Positions 28,162-40,369 of a stretch of DNA of 64,000 nucleotides are shown here, in pieces. The notes beneath the pieces were generated by a model, which saw only the letters and a program-made list of their open reading frames with translations, was not told the origin of the DNA and ran no database searches. The number at the start of each line of letters is the position of its first letter. The stretch's first letter is position 1. Made by a program: the position numbers and the translations under genes. The stretch comes from the human T2T-CHM13v2.0 reference genome, Homo sapiens, in NCBI RefSeq assembly GCF_009914755.1, contig NC_060925.1; one strand, given 5' to 3'.

Positions 28162-28283
28162 TTCTTCTTCTTCTTCTTCTTCTTCTCCTTCCTCTTCTTC
28201 TTCTCCTTCTTCTCCTTCTTCTCCTTCTTCTCCTTCTTCTTCTTCTTCTTCTCCCTCCTTCCTTCCTTCCTTCCTTCCTTCCT
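28162..28283. repeat. (TTC)n/(TTCTTCTCC)n/(CCTT)n compound microsatellite
   Basis: (TTC)8 followed by interrupted triplets and (CCTT)n. Confidence 0.95.
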
Positions 28284-28636
28284 AGGAGATTTTAGGTAAA
28301 TTAAGTTACGCATTATTTCAGTGTTTGAAAAATTTACCAGTGATGCCATCTGAGACTGAAGATTTTTGTTATGAAGGTTTTTAATTAGAATTATATTGCT
28401 TTGATGGATTTAATAGACACACTATTTTACTCAAGTCCCTTACAGTAAAGTTTGCATTTTGTAGACAATTGTTAACTTCATATAAATTTTCAAAATCATT
28501 CCATTCATTCAAATATGCTTCATAATATGCTTTCATTATCTATGTAATGCTAACAAGATTTGCAATGATGATAATTTCTCATTTATTTTGATTATTTATG
28601 CCTTTGTTTTGTCAGGGGTTTCTAATATGTATTAAG

Positions 28637-31079
28637 TGCTATAGTCTGGATATTTGTCCCAAAAAATCTCACGTTAAAATATGGTCACAGTGTTGGAGAT
28701 GGGGACCTAATGTGAGGTATTTTGGTTTGGGGGTAGACACCTCATGAATAGATTAATTTCCTTCTTGAGAGGCAGACGGGGATGGGTGAGTGAGTGAGTT
28801 CTCTATTTATTCCCACAACAGCTGGTTGTTAAAAAAGTCTGGCACCTTCCTTCTCTCTCTTACTGCTTCTCTTACTATGTGATTTTTGCACACGATTGTT
28901 CCACTTCATCTTCTTCCATGAGTGGAAGCAGCCTGAAGCTCTCATCGGAAGCAGATGCTGGCTCCGTGCTTCTTGTACAATCTGCAGAATCATGAGCGAA
29001 ATAAATCTCTTTTCTTTATAATTTACTCAGACTCAGTTATTCCTTTATAGCAATACAAAATAGACTTAAACAATTGTTACTGAAGAGTGTGGTGTCACTA
29101 CAAGGATACCTGAAAATGTGGAAGCAGTTCTGGAACTGGATAATGGGCAGAGGTTGGAAGAGTTTGGAGAGCTCAAAAGAAGTCAAAAACACTAGGAAAA
29201 GTTTAGAACTTCTTAGATATTTGTTAAGTGGTTGTAACCAACATGCTGATAGGAAATTAGATATTAAGGGCCATGCTAACAAGGTTTCGGATGGAAAAGA
29301 GGATCTTATTGGGAATGGAGGCAAAGATCACCTGTGTTATGCTTTAGCAAAGAATTTGGCTCCATTGTGTCCATTCCCTAGGGCTTGGTAGAAAGCCAAA
29401 CCTAGGAGTGATGACCTAAGGGAATCTGGGCAGAAGAAATTTCTAATTAGTAAAGCATTAAGAAGTGGTGTGTCTGCTTTTAATAACTTATGATCAGATA
29501 TAGCAGCAAAAGAGTGACCTAAAGATGGAAATTACAATTAAAGGGAAGCCCAGCATAAAAATTTGGAAAATTCACAGCCTGGCTGGTAGACAAGGAAAGA
29601 GTATTTCCAGGAGGGGAATCTAAAGGTGCTATAGAACAACCCCTTGCTAAAGAGATTTCTGTGACTCAAAGGGAGCCATATGCAAATACTCATAACAGTG
29701 GGAAATAGACACCAAAGGCATTTCGGAAATCTCAAATGCAAACCCTCCCTTCACAGTCCCAGAGGCCTAAGAGGACAATTGGTGCCCCTTTCTACCTCAG
29801 GATGCTATTCACCACATCTTAGCCACTCTGGCTCCAGCAGGGGCTCATCAAGTTCCATATACTGCTTGGACCACCAATCTGGAGAGAGCAAGTGGCAAAT
29901 CTTTGCAGCTTCCATGTGGTGTTAAGTTTGTAGGCATTTAGAATGGAAGAGTGGAGTGGACTTATTGGCTTTCAACTAAATTTTAGAGGATGTATCAGAA
30001 ATCCTGGGAACCCATGGAGAAGTCTACAGCAAAGGCAGAGCTACAAGCAGAGAGCTTCTAGTAGGGCAGTGCCTAGGAGAACTGTGGTAGCAGGGCCATT
30101 GACCTCCAGATTCAGAATGATACAGTCACTGGCAACATGCACCTTCAGGCTAGAGAAGCCAGAAGCATTCAGCTTCAACTTATGAGAGCAATATGTGGTC
30201 TGCACCCAGCAAAGCCATGAGGCCATGACATCCCTAGGCCTTAGGAGCCTACCCCTCCAACCAGTGTGACTAGGATGTGGGACATGAAGTCAAAGGGAAT
30301 CATTCTAAAACTTTAAGAGTGAATGTCTGCCCTGCTGGTTTTTAGACTTGTGTGGGGCCTGTTACCCCTTTCTTTTGGAAAAGTTCTCCCTTTTAGGAAA
30401 GGAATGTGTACCCAATGATTATACAACCATTGTATCTTAGAAGTAAAAAATATCTAAGATTTTGATTTTACAGAGTCATAGCTAGAAGAAATGTATTATA
30501 CCTTGAGTTTCAGATGAGACTTTGGACTTTGGACTTTTGAGCTGATGCTGGAACAAGTTTAGACTTTTGAGATCTATAAGGATGGAATGATTATGTTTTG
30601 TATGTGAGAAAGACATAAGCTTTGGAGGGTCAGGGGAAGAATGCTATGGTTTGGATGTTTGTTCCCCAAAATCTTCTTTTGAAATTTGAACCCCAATATT
30701 GGAGATAGAGGCCTGAGGGAGGTGTTTGAGTCACGGGAACAAACTCTTTATGAATAGATTAATGCCCTCCCTGGGCAGTGAATTCTTGCTCTATTAGTTA
30801 GTGCAAGAGCTGGTTGTTCAAAACCAAAAAAAAAAAAAAAAAGGCCTGGCACCTCCCCCACCTTCTTGCTTCTTCTTTTGTCATGTAATCTCTGCAAATG
30901 GCAGTTCTGCTTTGCCTTCCTCCATGACTGGAAGCAGCCAGAGGCCCTCACCAGAAGCAGATGACAGGATAATGCTTCTTATACAGCCTGCAGAACAATG
31001 AGCCAAAGAAACCTCTTTTCTTTATAAATTTCTCAGACTCAGCTATTCCTTTACAGAAACAAAAAAATAGACTAAGATG
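28637..31079 (+). mobile_element. Full-length MST (MSTB-like) MaLR provirus: LTR 28637-29072, internal region, LTR 30642-31079
   Basis: Two colinear LTRs (TGCTAT...GACTTAAACA / GACTAAGATG); purine tract before 3' LTR; MaLR internal ORF remnant 29074..29391; TSD TTAAG/TTAGG. Confidence 0.92.
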
Positions 31080-32634
31080 TTAGGTTAATTGAACACTTGT
31101 TAAAGAAGGTATTCTCTATAATATTAGTGCTTTGATATGTATTGCTACTTACTTTATGGTGCAGCATATCATTGACTTCAATACATATATATTCTATGTA
31201 TACTCAAAAAGAATGCAAGCAATTATAATATATTTGAAACAGTCTAAAATATAGTCAAATTGTTATCTCAGTGTTATTTAAATCCTCAATATCCTTACTG
31301 ATTTTGTGCCCACATGATTTACCAGTTACATAAAAATGTTTAAAATTTCTAATACTAATTGTATATTTATCTATTTCTCCTTTTAGCCCTATTTTTTCAC
31401 ATATACTGAAGCCATAATTAGGTGTATGAATGTTTATATTGTTATGCCATTATAGAAAATTGATATTTTCATTATTATGAACTGCTCCATTACTGCCAAT
31501 GGTCACATTGAGCTTTCTAAAAAATTAGAGCAACTTTATTTTGGTCAGTGTGCATGGCATATTTTTTCCTATCTTTTTTTTTTCAATATTTTAAAGTTAA
31601 TTAATATCTGTTTTGTAAGTCCAATTTAGGGAGTATTACATACTCAGGGACTACTCTTACCTCCTTGTTTCCCAAGATGAGTTTGTTGCTTTTAAATAAA
31701 ATGCCTCATTAAAAATAATTTTAAACAAGTACACATATGTACTAAAATGTTCAGTTAGGAATGGTGGCCCTACTAGAAGGAAGTAACCATACCCTTATAG
31801 ATAATTGTGATAAGGACATACAGGACACATAGAAGAGAATCTGAAAAACAAAACAAAACACAAAGTGATACAAGAAGAGAGGCAATTGTATTGCAATATT
31901 TGACTAAAGATTTTGAAAACTTTCTTAGGTAGGAAGATTAAAAAATGGGAAATCAGTATCAGAACCTTACCATATATAGAACATTTTAAATTAGGTAGTT
32001 GTTTTCTTAATAGCAAACTACATATAGATTTCATTCCATAGTATTGGCATAGTCATTTACAAATAATCATTTCACTGTCTTCATAAGTTAAATATTAATA
32101 AACCAAAGCAAACTGATGATGGCATGAGAGAAAAAAAATCTATTGTAAGTAAGACTGAAAAACATTTTGACTGCATTCTGTAAGTTAATGAAAAAACAAA
32201 CTATACACAACTGCTATAAAACAATGTAATATGCACTTGCATTTATAAACTATACAATGTTCTCACCATGTCTTGCACAGATGGAGAAAGCACAGCTTAG
32301 TTTTAGAGTGTGAGAAGCAGACTAAACTCTGGGCAAGTGAAGAAATTGCTTCAGAAAACTCAATTTGAAATTAAATGAGGAAAAAACGTGTATACTGAAT
32401 TTGGCAAATGCGACAAATGATATCTGCAGACATTGTTTCAATAGAGGAGTGGGAAAAGCACACCTACAGTTGAGGAAGAGTATGTGAAAGTTGCAGATGT
32501 TGAACCAATGAGATGAATCAAAAAGCTCAAGAAGCGTGACAATGAGATTAAAGAGAAAGGTGGTGTAGAAACTAGAGAGCAGCACAGAATCAAGGGAAAT
32601 CTTTGGGTATTTTTCTTTCAATTGGGGGCTCAAT

Positions 32635-32810
32635 TATATATATAAATATATGACATATATTTATATTATATATATTTGAATATATGATGTATATTTATAT
32701 ATAGATGTATTTATATATGGCATATATTTACATTAATATATATTTATTATGTATGCATGAAATATTTAACATATTTATACTATATATAATTTATAAATAT
32801 AAATGTATAA
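32635..32810. repeat. AT-rich (TA)n-like low-complexity tract
   Basis: Direct reading. Confidence 0.85.
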
Positions 32811-33517
32811 TGAGAAGAGTAAATTAATAGAATGATTAAGGGGAAGAAAGAAAGAAACTGATGAAGCCAAGTAAAAAGAAGGAGATAAGACAATGCTTTA
32901 GGCAGAAGGAGGAGGCAAGTAAGAAAGGATGGATGTGGGGACTGTTTCTAAATCTTGAGGACAAATAAGGGAGGAAGTAGGAGGTAAGAAATTTCTCTCT
33001 GGATTGCCTCAATTTTCTTGGTGAGGTAAGGGAAAAGGTCATCCACTGAAAGCAAAAATATAACAGAAATGAAGAGTCCTGAAGGATGATGACAAAGGTT
33101 GGAAATATCTTTTGAGAAAATGGAAGTTTAAGCTGAATAAGGCCAAAGGCAAGAATTGCTTTGCAATGTTAGAAGTCCAAGTGAGGTTGAAAATTAAAAT
33201 TCCAAGGAAAGTAGCATTCTTCAAGATCATATGATTTCCCTCTCAGAATGTGAGAGTACCAAAAAGATAGACATTCAGTAAAATGGATGTGGAAGAGAAA
33301 GAACAATGATATTGTTTATACATAAAAATTCATTGAAATATAGGCTTAGATTTGTTTACTTAGCAGTTAGTAAATATTATCTCAATATGCAAGGAAATAA
33401 GACAAAGTAAACAGTGAATAAATCACTTCAGGTTCATTACAGTCTGGATTGGGTGGATGCTGTTGACTATTGCAGTCTAGATTCTTGTACCCATAGTAAC
33501 TACCAGATTCTTGAGCT

Positions 33518-33670
33518 CAGTATTTCTCAAACTTTGGGGAGCATACAGTACACCTGAGCATCATGTTAAAACACAAACCTGAATCTCAGTAGATCTGAGA
33601 TAGGATCCAAGATTCTGAATTGCTATGAAACTTCCAGATACTGCTGCTGGTCTGTGGGCCATATTGCTTA
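33518..33670. mobile_element. MER5-family hAT transposon
   Basis: CAGTATTTCTCAAACTTT...TCAGTAGATCTGAGATAGG...GCTGCTGGTCTGTGGGCCA. Confidence 0.75.
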
Positions 33671-35486
33671 CAGAACTTCATGCTCCACAAGAATATGTGG
33701 GTGAAAAGTAACACTTTTTTTTCAGTTAAATTACTGTTTTTCCTACCTATTAAATTATGTGATCTTTTTAACTCAAATTTCTTTCAATTATTAAGGCCAC
33801 ATTATTTTCCTGTGGATATTTGTAGTTAGGATATATGGCTCCTTATCAAAGGCAGCACTGACACAATCATATAGCCCACACGTTGTGTATAAGCCCTGGT
33901 GGGTGGAGTACTTTTTCAGTACTCCTGGCAGAGAAGTTAGCTTCTGTCTCTTCCACCCTATCCTCTCCCAGGATACTAAATGGAATTAGGTTAAACAATT
34001 GCTCAGGGCCGAACCAATATAAAACTCATCATAGATTTATTCTGGCATACAAGAGATCAGTTTAATTTAAAAATTATTTGTATGACACTTTTTTTTCACA
34101 CACTTGTGAAATGATAGAACAAATTTGGAAACTTCCTTAACACAGCAGCTCTGCAGCCATGCCCCCCACGCCTAACTAAACTAAGGCACAAAGATGCTGA
34201 GGTCCTTTCTATTTTATGTAGTACCTCTTAGGTCAATTGGAAAAGTTCCGATTGAATCGGTGGAGGTACTTCAGTTATATGCAATGTTCTGAAAGATTTC
34301 AAATTTCAGTGATTAGAGAGTGGGATAATCTACAACTTGCATTTTATCCTTACTTGGGTTAGGAAATTAAATTTCCTGCTGATTATGGTTTGTGAATATT
34401 AATATTTCACATAAAATGCACACCAACACATAGAGATAATGGAAAGTGAGTTAAAAATTTTTTATACTTCTTGATGAAAATAGTCTTAGTGGAGAATTTG
34501 TTACAAAACAAATGGCAATTTCAGGAGGTATTCACATGCTTAACAAATATTTAATATCTTTAAAAAAGAAATTTCAAATGAATAATTGTTTTATTGATTA
34601 GTTTATTTTACTCATTTTAAAATACAAAAGGAGGTAGACAGGCATTTAAAATAGAGGAACATCATTTTCGAAATTATTTACCTACAAAGATTGCTTCAGA
34701 TCTTAATAACAGTGGTTTATAGATCTGGTCTTATCAAATAACTACAACAAACAACTAAATAAGAATGCTTATTGTTGTGTGTCTAGAACATATCAGGCAC
34801 TTTACATATATTATTTTGTTGACTTATCTCAATAAAATTAAGTATATACGTAGAGTCAAGAAATGACGCCAATATGTAGCAGCGTCAGAATTAAAACTTA
34901 GGTTTCCCTCAACCTAAAACTGATAAATATTTCACCTTATGACACCCCCATACAATAGAAATTATGTTCTAAACCCAAGCATTTAAATTCTGGTGTTTAA
35001 AGGGACCTTAAAATATGAGCTACTTAAAATATTTCTCCATTTTTGATACTGTAAAACTAGTATTTATTTATTAACTCATCATCATTAATCACTGCCTGAA
35101 CATCCTGAGTTTTTCTACTATAACACATTCAACTTCTACCATTATATTTAAATAATGAGGGTTATGTTTTAAATTTTTCATCAATGTGGTCATTGTGATG
35201 TAGTTAACCAAAACATAAGACCAAGTTATTGATGGCTCAATACTCTGATGACAGGGTAACGTTTGCCGCAAAACTGTAGTTGGGGCAACAGAACACAGGA
35301 TATGATGCATATACACACGAAATTCTGTCAACCACACTTTTCAGAAAAAAGATCCATAGAAAGTTGTCATAAAAAGAACACCCGGTGGTTTATTTATAAG
35401 TTTCTGTTGTCATCAAGCTCTCCATTGAACTTATACTCTATAGTGAGAATAGTAAATCTAACAGATTTCTCATTCACTTGGGTTTA

Positions 35487-35680
35487 ATATATATATACAC
35501 ACATATATGTACATATATGTACATACATACATATATATGTACATACATACATATATATGTACATACATACGTACATACATACATATATATGTACATACAT
35601 ACATATATATGTACCCATGTATGTACATATATGTATATATGTACATACATATATATGTATATATATACTATATATATGTA
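35487..35680. repeat. Compound (TACA)n/(TA)n microsatellite
   Basis: Recurring TATATATGTACATACATACA units; source of the Y/I/H/M ORFs at 35478-35824. Confidence 0.95.
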
Positions 35681-36444
35681 TTTTTTGCAAAAGTGTTTAA
35701 TTGTATTTTATACAAATTAGAAAAATGTATTTCCCTTTTAGGAGAGTATATTTTTTGGGGTAAAATACTAAAGTACAGAAATGAATATTCTAAGGTACTT
35801 AATGCTTTGAGATACTTAAATTAGCAGTCCCATAAAACAAGCAACTTAACCAGAATCAATTTGAGTAAACTTGCCTAAAACAAAAATTATTTTTGCTATA
35901 CAATGCAAGAAACTATTTTTAATCATTTATAAATATAATATTAAGTATTATATATTTTATTTTTATGTAAAGTCTTTTATATATTTTTTCATTCACACAT
36001 AATTTTAGTAACATTCATTTATAGAAGCAAAATTATTGACAAAGTTATTTAATTACAATTCTTGTATTCTTGTATTCCAAAATTATATTTGTCAAACCAT
36101 AACTTTTACTTTCCTTTTCAAAAGCAATATCCAATATGTAACTATTTAGTTACTTTGGTCACCTTAAATTCCAATTATACCATGGTGCTTCATAGAACTA
36201 TCTGTGTACAACTCTGGATTGTTGAAATATTATATCAATTCATCATTGTTCTTTTTCTAATTTAGCTTTTTGTTTAGTGAACGTATCTTTAAAGCTTTGT
36301 TAAATATTAGGGTAGCCCCATAAATTATATGTTCGTAATTATTAAACAAACTCAGATCTTGATTACTGATAAAGAATATTAATTGCGCAGCTACCTATCT
36401 GCATCAGTTTTGGATATCCATGCTGATTTTGTGTAGGGAAAATA

Positions 36445-36562
36445 GAAAGTAGCTAATAATCTACTTTATTGGAATGGGGAAACCTTCTGAGACAAGAAGA
36501 GCGTGAGGATCCACCCCTGAGCCAAACAGGAATCTATATCTGGAAAGTCCAGTTCATATAGT
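36445..36562 (-). other. Candidate terminal exon with poly(A) signal
   Basis: Minus strand: TTATTTTTCTCTTATGTTTATTTTTGCAG|ACT acceptor; AATAAA at 36470-36465; 3' end approximate. Confidence 0.3.
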
Positions 36563-36803
36563 CTGCAAAAATAAACATAAGAGAAAAATAAGTAAATAAA
36601 TAAAAACAAATCAAAAGAGAATCAAGCAACAAAACAACCACAGTAACAAAAAACACCTAAAGATTCTGTGTCCAAAAAATGTAACCAGACTTGCTAGCGA
36701 ATTAGCATCTGCAATAATAGGAATAGAATTTCTTGATGAGAGAATGTCCTGAGAGCCATGGGATTAAGGTCTTTTGAGATAGGATCCAGCTTCTTAGACC
36801 TAC

Positions 36804-36895
36804 CTTACTGGCAAACCACTCAAAGAAAGCCCTTATGCTGCAAACAGAGGGATCAACTTCAGACAGGAAACAAGCATATATTTCTTTTTTCATAC
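36804..36895 (-). other. Candidate 92-nt cassette exon whose acceptor is an AG|GT (recursive-type) site
   Basis: Minus strand: TTTATCTTTCTGTTTGTATGTTTTACCAG|GTATGA ... AAG|GTAGGT; motif-only evidence. Confidence 0.35.
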
Positions 36896-37469
36896 CTGGT
36901 AAAACATACAAACAGAAAGATAAATCAAAGACAGGAAGTAGACATGCACATCTTACTCTCCAGACTTAGTATAAGCCTCTAAGACAGTATTCCAGTTGGG
37001 TTCCTCACAACAAGATCTGTGCACACCCTCCCTCATAGGCCAGCCAGCACAGAATTGCTTCTGATGTCTTCAGGCCCTGTCTTCTTTCAGCTAGCACATT
37101 CCCTACCTTGGCTGAAAATAACAGCTATAGGTTTGGATTGCTGCCCACAGGATACCAATAGCCCTTGTATACAAGAATGAGAAGAAAGATTATTTCTCTT
37201 GCACTGCTGACAGATGGAGAAGAAAAGGGTTAGTAAAAACATAACAATTTGAAAATGATTTTAAGCTGAAATTTTTGCTTTTCTATTCTTAACTTAATAT
37301 AAGACTTCAGACAAAAATTTATTGAATATATAACTGGTGCTAGTTATAGATTTTAGGTACAGAGAATTCAGCAGTAAAAAAGAGGCAAATCCCTGTTTTC
37401 ATAATACTTATATTCTGCTCATCTTGTCTTGCTGTAGGCTTGTTTTATACAAGGATGTCGCTGTCTTTT

Positions 37470-38145
<676 letters not shown>

Positions 38146-39334
38146 TTTGAGGATATCTGCTTGCTTGTACAGTTAATTTAAAATGAGATCTGTCCTAGTT
38201 TATGCCTTTTTTAGACTTTCCCATACTCTGTAGAAAATTTCACTTTTAATTGAGAATAAACTTTGAATGAGATGGTTTAATTATAGAACTAGAAAATACT
38301 GGGAGAGCATCTAGTCAACTTACAGGCTATATAAAGCAAACAAATAAGAATTATTGTGATCACAACATAATGCCTGTTTAATATTATTTTTATAAAAGTA
38401 TTGTAAAAAATTACCCATAAAATTATATACCCTATAATTTTCACTAGTGTCTTCTCTATCTCTCAATTTAATGTACCATCCATTATATAAAATTTTAAAA
38501 AGATATCAGCCAGTAAAATCATATCTATCATCAATATCTATCCAACTATTTTTCTAGACTGCCTGAAGTCTTACAGAATATATCTTTTTTAAAAAATCAC
38601 AATGAAGAGTGCTTGAGATTTTAATGTTGGAAAACAAGATGAAAATTTTGCAGTCTTTTCAGAATTTACAAATAAGCTCTTTGGCTTCTAGACGAAATAA
38701 ATATAGCAGAGTACATGTCATCTAAACAGCACCCACCACAGTTTTTTTGAAAGTATTCAGTCTCCACTTAAGCTTACATTCCTCAAGTAAAAAGATCCAT
38801 TTAAACAATTATATATCAAATGACTTGGAAGTTTCTAACGAAATGCCTTTACATTTTCTTGAACTTTATTTAACTCTTATCCTGAGGTTTTCTTATGGTA
38901 CTCATATTTATTTTATATTTTAATTTCTGTATGACTTCTGGTGTTGTAGCATTTTACTTTCAATTAATGTTTCTGGACTAAAACCTCTCTTCTCTTTTTC
39001 CCAACAATATCAACAAGTAGACTCCTTAGGTATTATGAGTTATGTTTAAATGTTCCTTTCTGTAATTACTGTAATATAAGTGCAGGTGCCATGCTCAGAG
39101 TTTGTATTTCAAAATTATACCTACATTTCCAGAGTAGGTGTCTGCCTCAACGTGTACTCAGAATTATTTACGTAGTATTCATTTTAACTGACTTCCTATT
39201 TCATCATTGATGGTAGAACTTGAGGAGTTTTAGGAATTCCATTTAAATATTTAGTCCCATTTGACATATGTAAATAGTGCAGGAATCTCTTACCGATTTA
39301 CAAAACTTGAATGTAGCTATTATTTAGCTTGGTT

Positions 39335-39374
39335 CTTTTCCTATATTTAATATACTTTTCCTATATTTAATACA
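39335..39374. repeat. Tandem duplication, 2x20 bp
   Basis: CTTTTCCTATATTTAATA(T/C)A x2. Confidence 0.9.
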
Positions 39375-39486
39375 CTCTTAAATCCTAATTTATATTTTAT
39401 TAAAATATAATTTATATTAACTTATATTTTAAGATCTATTTTCATCAGTCCTTAAGGTCCATATTAAGGTATATATTAAGAACAAG

Positions 39487-39533
39487 AAAAGTTCTTAATA
39501 TAAGTGGTAAAAGTTCTTAATAAAAGTGGTAAA
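39487..39533. repeat. Tandem duplication, 2x22 bp
   Basis: AAAAGTTCTTAATA(T/A)AAGTGGT x2. Confidence 0.9.
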
Positions 39534-40369
39534 GAGAGGTAAACAGTAAAATATTATCTCAGAGAGCCACTTGAGAAAAATGTCTCAGGAAGAAACTTGA
39601 ATGCATGTTTCAAAAGAAGTAACTGCCTCTTAATTGCAGCAAGGATTCCCAATCTCTATGACCTTACCTCCAGTTTTTCTCTAGCCTTCTTATCAAGGCT
39701 GCAAGATCCTGCACAACTGCTCAGGCTTAAGCCATAATGGAGAAAGAACACAAATGCCTAGACCAAGTAAGATTTCTGGTGCTGAAAGTTTGGACAGGCT
39801 CTGATCTATAGAAAATGTGTATTTTATGCCAGAAACATTTTCATATTGAGTCCAGCTAAAAGCAGCACATAACAATTAAATAACTTTTGGTTGGCAAGCT
39901 GGGGATAAATCTAGGATTGTTTGTTAGGGTTCTAAAGTTATCTTTTAAGCTTTCCTTGAGTGTCACCTCCTTGCCTCCAGGAGTGCAATGTGAACATTTG
40001 GGACTTACTTGTGGTTCTCAGTTTAATGACATTCTTAGTGTTCTCTCTCCATAGTTCTCAAACCTAAGTCCTTCCTCAGCTTCTTTAGAAGTTTCTACAA
40101 AGACCCCATAGGCTCTGTGACCTCATAACTACAAGTTATAATTTTATAATACATAGATTGGATTTCCATGGTTCTTATTTTATCTTTTTTAAATCACAGG
40201 ACAATAATTATATTTATATTGGTTTCTTTCAGTAACTTTGTATTAATCTTTTAGACACCTACGATTTTATAGGACTATATTTATAGGAATATTTATAGAA
40301 ATATGTAGAAATAGGAAATATAGAACTAAAAGGAACAACTCTGAAGCATCAGATGCTAAACAAGATGGG

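Larger units (their letters stand above)
26300..31620 (-). mobile_element. Old L1M ORF2-region fragment split by the MST provirus
   Basis: TTTTCATTTGCATTTCCTTGATGACT, TTGGTGGAATTTTGATGAG..TTGAATCTTTAGATCAATTT, TACCAGTGATGCCATCTG; resumes after 31084. Confidence 0.75.

Noticed and set aside
40261-40271. ACGATTTTATA matching the THE1 5' LTR breakpoint at 40530-40540
   Set aside because: An 11-bp AT-rich match; the LTR copy is explained by the THE1B-type TATA region
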